Source: Chitinophagales bacterium (GTDB taxonomy: Bacteria > Bacteroidota > Bacteroidia > Chitinophagales > CAIODY01). From it: a stretch of 64,000 nt of DNA. Location: positions 1,143 to 65,142 of the forward strand of contig CANGEV010000007.1 of NCBI GenBank assembly GCA_947452995.1, read 5' to 3'. A program made the position numbers and the translations under genes. Position 1 is the stretch's first letter, and every line of letters starts with the position of its first letter. The notes below the pieces were generated by a model. It saw nothing but the letters and a program-made list of their open reading frames with translations, was not told the origin of the DNA and searched no databases. Below, piece by piece: positions 35,476 through 45,247 of the stretch.

Positions 35476-36600
35476 TTAGTTGTTTGCAGCTTCTTTCACG
35501 CGATCATTTGTTATTTGGCCGCCATGGGTAACGCAAGTTCCTTTAACCAAATCATCTTCCCAATTAAGATTAGTATTACCTTCCTTGTCGATGATTAATT
35601 TCAAGAAATTGATTAAGTTCTTTCCGTATAATTTAGAAGCATCTAAGGATGTTTCACCCGCCAAGTTAGATTGACCAATGATTTTAACACCATTAATTAC
35701 CACTGTTTCATTGTTTTTGGTGAAGTCAGTATTACCACCTGTTGAAGCAGCCAAATCAACGATTACCGAACCTGGTTTCATTGATTCTACCGTTGCTTTT
35801 TCAACAAGGATAGGTGCTTTACGACCAGGGATCTGAGCTGTTGTAATAATGATATCTGCTTTTGATGCATGTTCATGAATCTTAGCCTTCTGACGATCTT
35901 GATACTCTTTGCTTTGTTCCACTGCATATCCACCCGCTTTCGATGCATCTGCAGCCCCTTCCACTTCGATGAATTTAGCACCTAATGATTGACACTCCTC
36001 TTTAACAGCAGGACGAGTATCGAATACCTCAACTTGAGCGCCTAAACGCTTTGCTGTTGCAATAGCTTGTAATCCCGCCACACCTGCACCAAGAATCAAA
36101 ACCTTCGCTGGGGTGATGGTTCCTGCAGCAGTCATTAGCATTGGAAATAGACGGCTATAGTTTGTCGCAGCTAATACAACCGCTTTATAACCGGCTAGGT
36201 TAGCTTGTGAAGACAATACGTCCATCGCTTGACCACGAGTAGTACGAGGTAGCATGTCCATACTGAATAAGGTCAAGCCTTTTTCTGCAACCGATTTCAT
36301 TTTTGCGCCATTGAACAAAGGCAAATATTGCCCAAATAAAATGGTGTTATTAGCAATGGCCGCTATTTCAGCATCCTCTAGGCCGTGAATGCCTAACAGG
36401 ATGTCTGATTTAAGAACTTCAGCTCTAGCACAAATACTTGCACCCACATTGCTGTATTCAGTGTCTGAAGAAAAAGCGCCATTTCCGGCACCCGTTTCTA
36501 CCTTAACACTTACGTTCATTTTGATTAATGTAGCTACACCTTCTGGTAGCATCGATACACGGTTTTCGCCGTTGTTTTCTTTAAGAATTCCTATGGTCAT
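35476..36600 (-). CDS. pntA: NAD(P) transhydrogenase subunit alpha part 1 (NAD(H)-binding, alanine dehydrogenase-like)
   Basis: 374 aa. VLILGAGVAGLQAIATAKRLGA Rossmann motif, typical dI domain. Confidence 0.95.
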   Translation of the reverse strand: MTIGILKENNGENRVSMLPEGVATLIKMNVSVKVETGAGNGAFSSDTEYSNVGASICARAEVLKSDILLGIHGLEDAEIAAIANNTILFGQYLPLFNGAKMKSVAEKGLTLFSMDMLPRTTRGQAMDVLSSQANLAGYKAVVLAATNYSRLFPMLMTAAGTITPAKVLILGAGVAGLQAIATAKRLGAQVEVFDTRPAVKEECQSLGAKFIEVEGAADASKAGGYAVEQSKEYQDRQKAKIHEHASKADIIITTAQIPGRKAPILVEKATVESMKPGSVIVDLAASTGGNTDFTKNNETVVINGVKIIGQSNLAGETSLDASKLYGKNLINFLKLIIDKEGNTNLNWEDDLVKGTCVTHGGQITNDRVKEAANN

Positions 36601-36629
36601 TTCAAGGTTGACTTTAATTGACTAAAGTG

Positions 36630-36661
36630 CAAATCTAAAATTTTATGTCCACAAAGTCAAA
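36630..36661 (-). promoter_or_regulatory. Candidate pnt operon promoter (minus strand): -7 TAGATTTG and -33 TTTG
   Basis: Plus-strand CAAATCTA at 36630-36637 and CAAA at 36658-36661 (20-nt spacer). 29 nt upstream of the ATG (36600). Confidence 0.45.
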
Positions 36662-36774
36662 GAGACAAGCTATTTAATTCTTTATTAAATTATAGATTGA
36701 ACTTAGCCTTCAAAGTTTGTCGGTTTACCGAAAATGAGGGAAGCGAAAATATTTTTAAAAATTTTGAAAAAAAG

Positions 36775-36805
36775 TTTGGAAAGTGTGAAAGACTTCCTAT
36801 CTTTG
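36775..36805 (+). promoter_or_regulatory. tRNA-Glu/tRNA-Val promoter: -33 TTTG and -7 TATCTTTG
   Basis: TTTG at 36775-36778 and TATCTTTG at 36798-36805 (19-nt spacer), followed by the GC-rich GCACCCG. Confidence 0.55.
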
Positions 36806-36819
36806 CACCCGCAAACGTT

Positions 36820-36894
36820 GCCGCGTTGGTCAATCGGCTAAGACGCCTCCCTTTCACGGAGGAATGACGGGTTCGACTCCCGTACGTGGTACCA
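36820..36894 (+). tRNA. tRNA-Glu (UUC), CCA encoded
   Basis: GCCGCGT-TG-GTC-AATCGGCTAA-GAC-G-CCTCC-CTTTCAC-GGAGG-AATG-ACGGG-TTCGACT-CCCGT-ACGTGGT-A-CCA. 3-bp D-stem is typical of tRNA-Glu. Confidence 0.85.
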
Positions 36895-36902
36895 ACAAAA
36901 AG

Positions 36903-36977
36903 GGGAGTATAGCTCAGCTGGTTCAGAGCATCTGCCTTACAAGCAGAGGGTCCTTGGTTCGAATCCATGTGCTCCCA
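36903..36977 (+). tRNA. tRNA-Val (UAC)
   Basis: GGGAGTA-TA-GCTC-AGCTGGTTCA-GAGC-A-TCTGC-CTTACAA-GCAGA-GGGTC-CTTGG-TTCGAAT-CCATG-TGCTCCC-A. One T-stem mismatch. Confidence 0.9.
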
Positions 36978-36982
36978 CATAA

Positions 36983-37020
36983 AGCCCTATCATAGCAATA
37001 TGATAGGGCTTTTGTTTTTT
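36983..37020 (+). terminator. Intrinsic terminator after tRNA-Val
   Basis: 12-bp stem AGCCCTATCATA/TATGATAGGGCT, loop GCAA, T-rich tail. Confidence 0.8.
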
Positions 37021-37062
37021 ATATAATTCTTGCAAAGCTTTTTACTGAAGCACACTTTTTTC

Positions 37063-37096
37063 CAAGAATAGGTTGTATTTTTATCAACTATTCTTG
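37063..37096 (+). promoter_or_regulatory. Perfect 9-bp inverted repeat CAAGAATAG-N16-CTATTCTTG just upstream of the M13 peptidase start
   Basis: Arms at 37063-37071 and 37088-37096. The right arm ends 4 nt before the ATG at 37101. Confidence 0.4.
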
Positions 37097-37100
37097 TCTT

Positions 37101-39128
37101 ATGAAAAAAATATTCTTACTTCTTTTTGTCGCGACTATAAGCTTCGCATCCTGTCAAAGAAACACTTTAACGAGCTTACAAGATCCTTTGGATGCACATT
37201 GCGATTCAACACTCAAAGCCGGTGATAATTTTTGGCTCTTTGCTAATAATGCGTGGTTCAATGCCAACCCAATTCCATCCTCTGAGAAAAGTAATGGAAT
37301 CTTTCGTACCATTCAGGATACCATCAATTCTCAGATATTGCAAATATGTCAACGTGCTGGCGCTGAGAATAATCCTCAGGGTAGTTTAAAACAAAAAATA
37401 GGTGACTTCTATTATTCAGGAATGGATACAAATTCAATAGATAAAAATGGATTAAACGCCATCCATTCTGAGTTGAATGTAATTCACAATGTAAAAACAA
37501 AAGATGATTTGCAAGGTCTTTTCGCGCATTTACATCAGCTAGGTGTCGGAGTTGGATTTTATTATGGAGTAGGACGCGATGATAAAATTGCTTCTAAATA
37601 TGCGGTTTGGTTAGTGCAAGGTGGTTTAGGATTACCTGATCGCGATTATTATTTTATGCCAGATGCGAAGTCGGAAAATATTCGTAAAGAATATAAATTA
37701 TTCATCGCTCAATTATTGGCGTTGTCTGGAACTTCGGATGCAACCGCAATGGCGGATCAAATTTTTGCGTTGGAAAAGGATCTTGCCTCTGGCTCACGTA
37801 AGTTAGAAGACCTTCGTGATCCTTATGCGAATTACAATAAAATGAGTATCGATCAAGCTAATCAGCTTTCCTCTAACTTTAGCTGGAAACAATTCTCCAA
37901 TAAAATTGGACTCTCTAATTTGGATACCCTTATTGTTGGTCAACCTGAATTTGTTAGAAATTTTAATAATACCTATAATAAGTATCCGCTTAATGTATGG
38001 CAAGCCTATTGTCAATTTCATTTAATAAATGAACTTGCGGATTATCTTCCGAAATCTTTCGAGCAAGCTAACTTCCATTTCTTTGGAGAGGTATTTAGTG
38101 GAATTAAAGAACAAAAACCTCGTTGGAAACGCGTGGTAGAAACGACTGATGGAATGTTAGGCGAATTAATAGGACAAGTTTATGTTAAAGAATATTTACC
38201 TGCTGGCGCTAAAGAAAAAATAACAGAAATCGGGAAGGCTGTCGCAGCGGTTTATGCGGATCATATTAAAGCACTCGATTGGATGAGCGATAGCACTAAA
38301 ACAAAAGCACTCTACAAACTCAATCACATCACCATGAAAATGGGATATCCTGACAAATGGAAAGATATGAGCTCCGTAAGAATTGTCCGTAATTCGTATG
38401 TCTCAAATGTGATCGCTTGCAAGCGCTGGGAAGTACAATACAATTTACAAAAGTTTGGCAAGCCTGTTGATCGTACGGAATGGAATATGACACCACAAAC
38501 GTATAATGCGTATTATGACCCTACCAATAATGAAATCGTAATACCTGCATGTAATATTATCGTACCTGGTTTAGAAGGTCGTATGCCAGATGATGCAGTG
38601 TTATATGGAATCATCGGAGGTAGTACCATCGGACATGAGATTACACACGGTTTTGATGATCAGGGAAGTCAGTATGATGCAGAAGGGAATTTACGTAACT
38701 GGTGGAGCGTGGAAGACAAAGCGAAGTTTGATGTTAAAACGAAAATGATTGTTGCACAATTTAATAATTACAAAGTATTAGATTCAATTGCCATCAATGG
38801 AGAAGCAACGCAAGGCGAAAATATCGCCGACTTAGGTGGTGTTGTTATGGGCTATGAGGCTTTTAAGAAAACTGCACAAGGACGTGGCACGGAAAAAATT
38901 GGTGGCTTTACGCCTGATCAACGTTACTTCCTGAGCTATGCATATTCTTGGATGGTACATATGCGTCCTGAATCATTAGCTCGTAATATTAAAACTGATG
39001 TGCATTCTCCAGCTGAATTCCGCGTTAATGGACCAGTAAGTAATAATGAGAATTTCTATAAAGCTTTTAATATAGTTCCTGGTCAGGCAATGTATCGTCC
39101 TGATTCATTACGCGTTAAGATTTGGTAA
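37101..39128 (+). CDS. M13-family zinc metallopeptidase (PepO / endothelin-converting-enzyme-like) lipoprotein
   Basis: HEITHGFD zinc motif, GENIADLGG, C-terminal ...VKIW. Lipobox FASC. Confidence 0.9.
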   Translation: MKKIFLLLFVATISFASCQRNTLTSLQDPLDAHCDSTLKAGDNFWLFANNAWFNANPIPSSEKSNGIFRTIQDTINSQILQICQRAGAENNPQGSLKQKIGDFYYSGMDTNSIDKNGLNAIHSELNVIHNVKTKDDLQGLFAHLHQLGVGVGFYYGVGRDDKIASKYAVWLVQGGLGLPDRDYYFMPDAKSENIRKEYKLFIAQLLALSGTSDATAMADQIFALEKDLASGSRKLEDLRDPYANYNKMSIDQANQLSSNFSWKQFSNKIGLSNLDTLIVGQPEFVRNFNNTYNKYPLNVWQAYCQFHLINELADYLPKSFEQANFHFFGEVFSGIKEQKPRWKRVVETTDGMLGELIGQVYVKEYLPAGAKEKITEIGKAVAAVYADHIKALDWMSDSTKTKALYKLNHITMKMGYPDKWKDMSSVRIVRNSYVSNVIACKRWEVQYNLQKFGKPVDRTEWNMTPQTYNAYYDPTNNEIVIPACNIIVPGLEGRMPDDAVLYGIIGGSTIGHEITHGFDDQGSQYDAEGNLRNWWSVEDKAKFDVKTKMIVAQFNNYKVLDSIAINGEATQGENIADLGGVVMGYEAFKKTAQGRGTEKIGGFTPDQRYFLSYAYSWMVHMRPESLARNIKTDVHSPAEFRVNGPVSNNENFYKAFNIVPGQAMYRPDSLRVKIW

Positions 39129-39151
39129 TTGTTTTTAGACCCTACTTTGTT

Positions 39152-40582
39152 ATGAAAAAAATATTCTTGATTGTCGCATTTTTATCAATGTTTTCAGTTC
39201 AGCTTCTTGCTCAAACAGAGGGCGGAGGATGCTCTACACGAATTTCTCCTTCGCAAGAAAAGTGGTTGAAACAGTGGGTCAAGCAACATGGATCAACGTA
39301 TAAAAACGTTAAGTCGGGGATTCTTTATATGCCCATTAAGGCACATGTCGTCGGGAGAGATAATGGCACAGGCTATTATTCTTTAGCAACCTTACTGCAA
39401 GTGATTTGTGAATTGAATACCCGCTATCAACCCGTTGGTTTTTATTTCTATTTGGATCCTGTTATTGACTACGTTGATAATACTCTTTTTTATCAAGATG
39501 GTTCTTCGCAAGATGCCTATAATTCAATGGCTGCAAACAATGTAGCGGATGAAATCAATATGTATTTTGTTCAAGCATCTCCAGGATTGTGTGGCTACTA
39601 TGCACCATGGTTGGATTGCGTTTGTATCATAGGAGGGTGTGGGCAGCCTGGAGGCACTACAATAACACACGAATTGGGTCATTTCTTTAGCCTCCCGCAC
39701 ACCTTTAATGGATGGGAAGGCGGTAATACCCCTGGTCCTGGTCAACTGGAATTAGTAAATGGTTCCAATTGTTCAACTGCTGGGGATTATTTTTGTGATA
39801 CCCCTGCTGATTTTTTATCCTATCGTTGGAATTGTCCTTATGTAGGTACGCAAACAGATCCTACCGGGACGCCCTATAATCCCGATCCAACTTTTTATAT
39901 GTCGTATGCATCGGATATATGTACCAATCGATTTAGTAATCTGCAAATAGGTGCGATGCAAGCGAATGCAAATACGCGAACTACGATGATTAACCAAGGT
40001 ACGCCAAATATGAACGTGGTATCGCAATTACCTTTGAATTGTCATCCTGCCAATTTTGATTTTAATTTGAATCCAACTAATACCGTTTTACACTGGACTA
40101 AGCCAACTAATGCAATGTATTCGTTGGTGCAAGTAGCAGCTTATGGAGGTGCAATTATTAAGGAAATTATCACAGCAGATACCTTGTTAGTTTTAAATAA
40201 CCTCAATAGTAGTTCGCCTTATCAATGGCGCGTACGTGGATTTAATGTTGGATATACGTGCGATAATGCAACTACATTTTCTAATTGGAATATCTTTTCT
40301 ACAGGCGAGCAATCAACTTCAATAAATAATCTTTCTTCCACACGAAAGGTTTATTCTTATAAAAATGCCAATACAGCAATAGGGATCGCATACTATTCCG
40401 AAGTAAAGGCAGAGCAAGTCTCAGTGAGAATATTAAATATTCAAGGCGTTACGATATTACAACAAAGTATTACTATTGGCTTGAATATCCTGGAAGGACT
40501 TAATGCATTACCTGCAGGAACTTATTTTGCATTAGTGTATGAGAACGGATTCAATTTTGCTCAAATTAAAATTGTGAAATAA
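39152..40582 (+). CDS. Secreted zinc metalloprotease (M43/pappalysin-like) with T9SS type A C-terminal sorting domain
   Basis: HELGHFFSLPHTF (HExxHxxxxxH). C-terminal about 75 aa VRILNIQGV...LPAGTYFALVYENG...IKIVK resembles the Por secretion tail. ATG at 39152 gives signal peptide MKKIFLIVAFLSMF. Confidence 0.75.
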   Translation: MKKIFLIVAFLSMFSVQLLAQTEGGGCSTRISPSQEKWLKQWVKQHGSTYKNVKSGILYMPIKAHVVGRDNGTGYYSLATLLQVICELNTRYQPVGFYFYLDPVIDYVDNTLFYQDGSSQDAYNSMAANNVADEINMYFVQASPGLCGYYAPWLDCVCIIGGCGQPGGTTITHELGHFFSLPHTFNGWEGGNTPGPGQLELVNGSNCSTAGDYFCDTPADFLSYRWNCPYVGTQTDPTGTPYNPDPTFYMSYASDICTNRFSNLQIGAMQANANTRTTMINQGTPNMNVVSQLPLNCHPANFDFNLNPTNTVLHWTKPTNAMYSLVQVAAYGGAIIKEIITADTLLVLNNLNSSSPYQWRVRGFNVGYTCDNATTFSNWNIFSTGEQSTSINNLSSTRKVYSYKNANTAIGIAYYSEVKAEQVSVRILNIQGVTILQQSITIGLNILEGLNALPAGTYFALVYENGFNFAQIKIVK

Positions 40583-40598
40583 TAAAACGAGTTTGTGA

Positions 40599-41132
40599 AT
40601 GATTTCATCTGAAGAAAAAACAATGGAAATGCCTAGTAAAATGAAGTGGGGTAGTGTGGCTGGATTTTTCTATGTTCTAGCATCCTATATCATGTATTTT
40701 ATTTTGAGAGATGCGCGATGTGTTATGCTGCCTTTTACGTTGCTGCCTTATGCAATACCCCTTTCTATAGGCTTTCTGACAGCTTGGCTTACGTTAAAGG
40801 TCAAAGAAACGCTTAGTTTCAGAGATGCTCTTTCTATTATTTTTAGTGTGATGATTTGGGCGCTTGTTTTTTACAGTGTTTATGAATGGACTTTATTCAA
40901 TAAAATTGACGTGCATTTATATGAATCCTACAAAAGTCTCACTATAAAGTTTTATGAAGGAATATTGCAAGGCGAACAATTAGATATGATGCGAAATAAT
41001 ATTATGAGTATTAATACTGTAACCATTGCAGATACTTTGCAAAGCTTTGTTTTCAGTGTTATTAAAGCATTTTTCGCATCAGTTGTTTTAGCCCTTCCGT
41101 TTCTTTATTTTGGAAAGGCTAAAATCAAATAA
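40599..41132 (+). CDS. Hypothetical integral membrane protein (possibly DUF4199-like)
   Basis: 177 aa with about 4 hydrophobic helices. No motif. Confidence 0.45.
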   Translation: MISSEEKTMEMPSKMKWGSVAGFFYVLASYIMYFILRDARCVMLPFTLLPYAIPLSIGFLTAWLTLKVKETLSFRDALSIIFSVMIWALVFYSVYEWTLFNKIDVHLYESYKSLTIKFYEGILQGEQLDMMRNNIMSINTVTIADTLQSFVFSVIKAFFASVVLALPFLYFGKAKIK

Positions 41133-41133
41133 T

Positions 41134-41946
41134 TTAAACAGAGACTCCGAATTCTCTCAAGGTATCATTTAATGCAGTCTTTTTATCGCTCGACTCTTTG
41201 CGTTGACCAATAATAAGGCCACATGGTACTTGATATTCTCCTGCTGGGTATTTACGGGTATAACTTCCTGGAATTACAACCGCTCGCTCCGGTACATAGC
41301 CGCGATATTCTTTCGGCTCTGCACCTGTTACATCAATTATTTTAGTAGAAGCTGTCAAGACTACATTAGCTCCCAAAATCGCTTCTCTTCCAACACGAAC
41401 ACCTTCAACCACAATACAACGTGAGCCAATGAAAGCATGATCCTCTATAATGACAGGTGCGGCTTGTACAGGTTCTAATACGCCTCCAATGCCTACGCCA
41501 CCACTTAGATGAACATGTTTGCCAATTTGTGCACAACTACCTACCGTAGCCCAAGTGTCTACCATTGTTCCTTCATCCACATATGCTCCGATATTTACAT
41601 AGCTTGGCATCATGATTACCCCTTTCGCAAGATAAGCGCCGTAACGTGCTGCTGCCGGTGGTACCACACGAACACCTTGCGAAGCGTAGTCCTTTTTTAA
41701 TTGCATTTTATCGTAAAATTCGAATGGAGGCATACGCCATGTTTCCATGGTTTGTATAGGGAAATAAAGCAAAACAGCCTTCTTAAGCCATTCGTGAACT
41801 TTCCATCCTTCGGGTTCTTGACTCGCAATACGTAAGCGACCTTTATCTAATTCTTCAATAATAAAGCGGATAGCTTCCTGATAGTTTGCTTCCTGTAAAA
41901 GTGCTCGGTTTTCCCAAGCCGCTTCGATGAGTATTTGTAATTCCAT
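41134..41946 (-). CDS. dapD: 2,3,4,5-tetrahydropyridine-2,6-dicarboxylate N-succinyltransferase
   Basis: 270 aa. N-terminal IEAAWENRALL and left-handed beta-helix hexapeptide repeats. Confidence 0.85.
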   Translation of the reverse strand: MELQILIEAAWENRALLQEANYQEAIRFIIEELDKGRLRIASQEPEGWKVHEWLKKAVLLYFPIQTMETWRMPPFEFYDKMQLKKDYASQGVRVVPPAAARYGAYLAKGVIMMPSYVNIGAYVDEGTMVDTWATVGSCAQIGKHVHLSGGVGIGGVLEPVQAAPVIIEDHAFIGSRCIVVEGVRVGREAILGANVVLTASTKIIDVTGAEPKEYRGYVPERAVVIPGSYTRKYPAGEYQVPCGLIIGQRKESSDKKTALNDTLREFGVSV

Positions 41947-41947
41947 A

Positions 41948-42940
41948 TTAACTTAAATCAATTTCTGTATTGTCGCCAATGTTTAAACTTTGTCTATTGC
42001 CTTTTACTAAAGCATCGCTACCAATGATTGATTCATGAAGAACGACATCTTGTAATTTAGCGAACTCTCCAATAATTGAATGACTAATAACAGCATTCCT
42101 AATGACAGCTCCTTCTCCAATTGATGCATTGGGACCTATTACTGCATTTGTTAATTCAGCATTCGCACCTATAAATACAGGAGGGATTATCACTGTATTT
42201 TTAAAGCTGCTTGTATCAAAGTCTTGCGGAACTTTTTTTAGTAGTAAGCAATTTGTTTCAAGTAGAACTTCTTTCTTTCCACAATCAAACCAATTGTTGA
42301 CACGATAAGCGTGAAACTTTTCTCCTTGTTCAATCATGCATTGAATACCATCTGTAAGATGAAATTCGCCTTGCGTTTTCGCATTACTTTTAATATTGTT
42401 TTCTAAACAGTCAAAAAGCATTTTACTGTTTGAAATTTTATAGAGGCCAACCAAGGCGTAGTTAGATTTTGGAATATTTGGTTTTTCAACGACACGAAAA
42501 ATTTCTTGATTTTCGTTGAATTCAGCTAAGCCAAATCCTCTTGGGTCTTCTACTTTTTTAATCGCTAGATGATTACCAGGAAGAGAAATTATTTCTTTCC
42601 AATTTACCTCTAGAACTGTATCGCCAAGGACAATGATAATTTCTTCATTATTTGCAATAAAGGGCTTTGCTAAATAGATCGCCTCTCCCAAACCTGCTCT
42701 ATTACTTTGTTCTACGAACGAGCAAGGTAGGTGAGGGTAGTGCTTGGTAATATAGTCTTTGATTTTTTCTCCAAGGTAACCTACGACGAAAACAAAATCA
42801 GTTACACCAGATTCTTGTAGGGAGTCGAGGATATGTGCTAGAATAGTTTTACCTCCAACAGGGATTAAAGCTTTTGGGTGGGTATAGGTATGTGGTCGAA
42901 GACGAGTACCTGCACCAGCAACAGGAATAATAGCTTTCAT
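41948..42940 (-). CDS. Sugar-phosphate nucleotidyltransferase with C-terminal hexapeptide-repeat domain
   Basis: MKAIIPVAGAGTRLRPHTYTHPKALIPVGGKTIL is the NTP_transferase signature. LbH-like C-terminal third. Confidence 0.75.
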   Translation of the reverse strand: MKAIIPVAGAGTRLRPHTYTHPKALIPVGGKTILAHILDSLQESGVTDFVFVVGYLGEKIKDYITKHYPHLPCSFVEQSNRAGLGEAIYLAKPFIANNEEIIIVLGDTVLEVNWKEIISLPGNHLAIKKVEDPRGFGLAEFNENQEIFRVVEKPNIPKSNYALVGLYKISNSKMLFDCLENNIKSNAKTQGEFHLTDGIQCMIEQGEKFHAYRVNNWFDCGKKEVLLETNCLLLKKVPQDFDTSSFKNTVIIPPVFIGANAELTNAVIGPNASIGEGAVIRNAVISHSIIGEFAKLQDVVLHESIIGSDALVKGNRQSLNIGDNTEIDLS

Positions 42941-43061
42941 AGTGCGAAAATACGTGACGGAGCGTGGATTTTATTGAATAAGAACAGATTATTTTGAAAT
43001 AAGCTTTTCCACAACTTGTACACAAATGTGTTTCCAAATTATTAAATATTCCTCAGAAAAC

Positions 43062-43091
43062 TTGTCGTTATCGAATACTCTTTTATTTTTG
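43062..43091 (+). promoter_or_regulatory. Candidate exbB operon promoter: -33 TTG and -7 TATTTTTG
   Basis: TTG at 43062-43064 and TATTTTTG at 43084-43091 (19-nt spacer). 43 nt upstream of the ATG. Confidence 0.45.
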
Positions 43092-43134
43092 CATTATAAT
43101 ATTTCTAAACTAAACCACTCAAAAATCAAAACTC

Positions 43135-43971
43135 ATGGCTGACAACAAATCAACCACAGCAAAAGCTGCAAGTGCAACTGGAAAAACGAGCAATTTAAGC
43201 TCTATGTTTGCTGTAATCGTGATTGCCGCTGCAATCTTAACGTCGATCTTGATCTTCAAATTTTTATTAGGCAATCCTTCGAACTTTAAGGGTGGTGATC
43301 CTGAAAACGGACCATTACCAGGAAACTTCATGGGTATCGTTTATAAAGGAGGTTTTATCGTTCCTATCTTGATGTCTTTATTGATGATCGTTGTTACGTT
43401 CACAATCGAGCGTTTCTTGACTATTATGAAAGCTAAAGGAAGCGGTAGCGTTTCTGGATTCGTTCGTAATATCAAAATGAAATTAGAAACTGGCGACATC
43501 GCTGGCGCTAAAGCTGCTTGCGACAAACAACGCGGTTCTGTTGCTAACGTAGTGCGTTCTGCAGTTGAGAAGTACGAAGCAATGGAAAAAGAAACAGGAA
43601 TGCAGAAAGAACAAAAGGTATTGGCTATTCAAAAGGAAGTAGAAGAAGCTACATCTTTAGAATTACCAATGTTGGAACGTAACTTGACAGTTATCGCTAC
43701 TATCGCGTCTATCGCTACCTTAATGGGATTGTTAGGAACGGTATTAGGTATGATTCGTGCCTTCGCTGCGATGGCGAATGCAGGTGCTCCTGATGCGACT
43801 GCCTTATCAACAGGTATCTCTGAAGCCCTGATCAATACCGCTTTGGGTATCGGTACTTCAGCTGTTGCGATTATTATGTATAACTACTTCACTTCATCAA
43901 TTGATGATTTGAGCTATGGTATCGACGAAGCTGGTTTCAGCATCACTCAAACTTTTGCCGCTAAACACTAA
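43135..43971 (+). CDS. exbB: MotA/TolQ/ExbB proton-channel protein
   Basis: 278 aa. Three TM helices. C-terminal ATLMGLLGTVLGMIRAF...ISEALINTALGI is the MotA_ExbB core. Confidence 0.9.
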   Translation: MADNKSTTAKAASATGKTSNLSSMFAVIVIAAAILTSILIFKFLLGNPSNFKGGDPENGPLPGNFMGIVYKGGFIVPILMSLLMIVVTFTIERFLTIMKAKGSGSVSGFVRNIKMKLETGDIAGAKAACDKQRGSVANVVRSAVEKYEAMEKETGMQKEQKVLAIQKEVEEATSLELPMLERNLTVIATIASIATLMGLLGTVLGMIRAFAAMANAGAPDATALSTGISEALINTALGIGTSAVAIIMYNYFTSSIDDLSYGIDEAGFSITQTFAAKH

Positions 43972-44020
43972 TTAGTAGTGCAGGATTCAGTCCATTTTAA
44001 ATCACTACAAATTTTAAGTA

Positions 44021-44656
44021 ATGCCTAAAGTTAAAATACCAAGAAAGAGTACCACCATCGACATGACAGCGATGTGTGACGTTGCCTTCTTGTTGTTGAC
44101 TTTCTTCATGTTAACAACAAAGTTTCGTCCACCAGAGCCAATGACGGTTGACACTCCTTCGTCAATTGTTTCAATGCCTAAGCCAGATAAGAACATGATT
44201 CTTCTTACTATGAAGGATAATCGCGTGTTCTTAGATGTTGACCAACAACAAGTGCGTGTGCAAGCATTAGAAATGATGGGCGAGAAGTATGGTGTGAAAT
44301 TCACAAAACAAGAAGAAGTTGTCTTCTCTAACCTCGGTACTTTCGGAGCACCGATGGCTAATATGAAACAATTACTTTCTGCAGGTGCTGGAGATCGCGA
44401 TGCGCTCTCTGCTCAAATGCCTGGCGTACCTCGTGATACCGCTAATTTTGATAAATGTGAACTGTTCGATTGGATTTTGTTTATTCGTCAGATTAAACAG
44501 TCTAATGAAAATGATGTTAAAATCGCTATTCGTGGCGATGTTAAAACACCTTATTCAACAGTTAAGAATGTGATAGATATTTTGCAAAAGCAAAACCTAA
44601 ACCAGTTTAGTTTCGTGACTGATCTCGAGGCTAAGCCATCTACTCTAAATAAATAA
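44021..44656 (+). CDS. exbD: ExbD/TolR biopolymer transport protein
   Basis: IDMTAMCDVAFLLLTFFM N-terminal TM signature. 211 aa. Confidence 0.85.
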   Translation: MPKVKIPRKSTTIDMTAMCDVAFLLLTFFMLTTKFRPPEPMTVDTPSSIVSMPKPDKNMILLTMKDNRVFLDVDQQQVRVQALEMMGEKYGVKFTKQEEVVFSNLGTFGAPMANMKQLLSAGAGDRDALSAQMPGVPRDTANFDKCELFDWILFIRQIKQSNENDVKIAIRGDVKTPYSTVKNVIDILQKQNLNQFSFVTDLEAKPSTLNK

Positions 44657-44659
44657 AGC

Positions 44660-45190
44660 ATGGCAGAAATTAATACAGGCGGGGGGAAGAAAGTCTCTAC
44701 GCGTATCGACTTAACGCCGATGGTTGACTTAGGGTTTTTGTTGGTAACCTTCTTTATGGTTACGACTACCTTCTCTAAGCCAAATGTGATGGAATTGGCG
44801 ATGCCTGATAAAACTGAAGATGTTTCTAAAATCACCCCTGTTAAAGAATCGCGTGCAATCACGTTGATCCTGGGTGAAAAAGATCGCGTCTATTATTATC
44901 ATGGAACAGGTCAAGATCCTGAAAATACCAAGGTTGAAACAGCTTACTTTTCTGGAGAAAAAAGCATTCGTAAAGTTATCTTACAACATAAAGCGGATGT
45001 AATGTCTAATCCAAACCTATCTGCAAAAGAACGTGAACCTATCGTGTTGATCAAACCGGATAGCAAATGTAATTTTAAGAATGTAGTAGATGTGTTAGAT
45101 GAAATGAAGATATGTGACATTGGCATTTATGCCATTGTAGATATCACCGCTCCTGAAAAGGAAATGATTAAAAACGTGAAAGAAGAATAA
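44660..45190 (+). CDS. exbD: ExbD/TolR biopolymer transport protein (second copy)
   Basis: IDLTPMVDLGFLLVTFFM signature. 176 aa. Confidence 0.85.
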   Translation: MAEINTGGGKKVSTRIDLTPMVDLGFLLVTFFMVTTTFSKPNVMELAMPDKTEDVSKITPVKESRAITLILGEKDRVYYYHGTGQDPENTKVETAYFSGEKSIRKVILQHKADVMSNPNLSAKEREPIVLIKPDSKCNFKNVVDVLDEMKICDIGIYAIVDITAPEKEMIKNVKEE

Positions 45191-45247
45191 TTTGTGGAAT
45201 TTCTATTGTAGGTGCATCCTATAATTAGAACCATTAAACTAACAATT

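Noticed and set aside
36690-36980. 96-aa minus-strand ORF in the ORF track
   Set aside because: It lies directly antisense to tRNA-Glu and tRNA-Val and their promoter and terminator. The tRNA cloverleaves explain the sequence, and the ORF has no supporting features.
42941-43134. Fur-box-like or other operator upstream of exbB-exbD-exbD-tonB (e.g. ACACA-AA-TGTGT at about 43018-43031)
   Set aside because: Only a short 5-bp palindrome is present. It has no resemblance I can defend to a known Fur consensus, and chance occurrence is likely.
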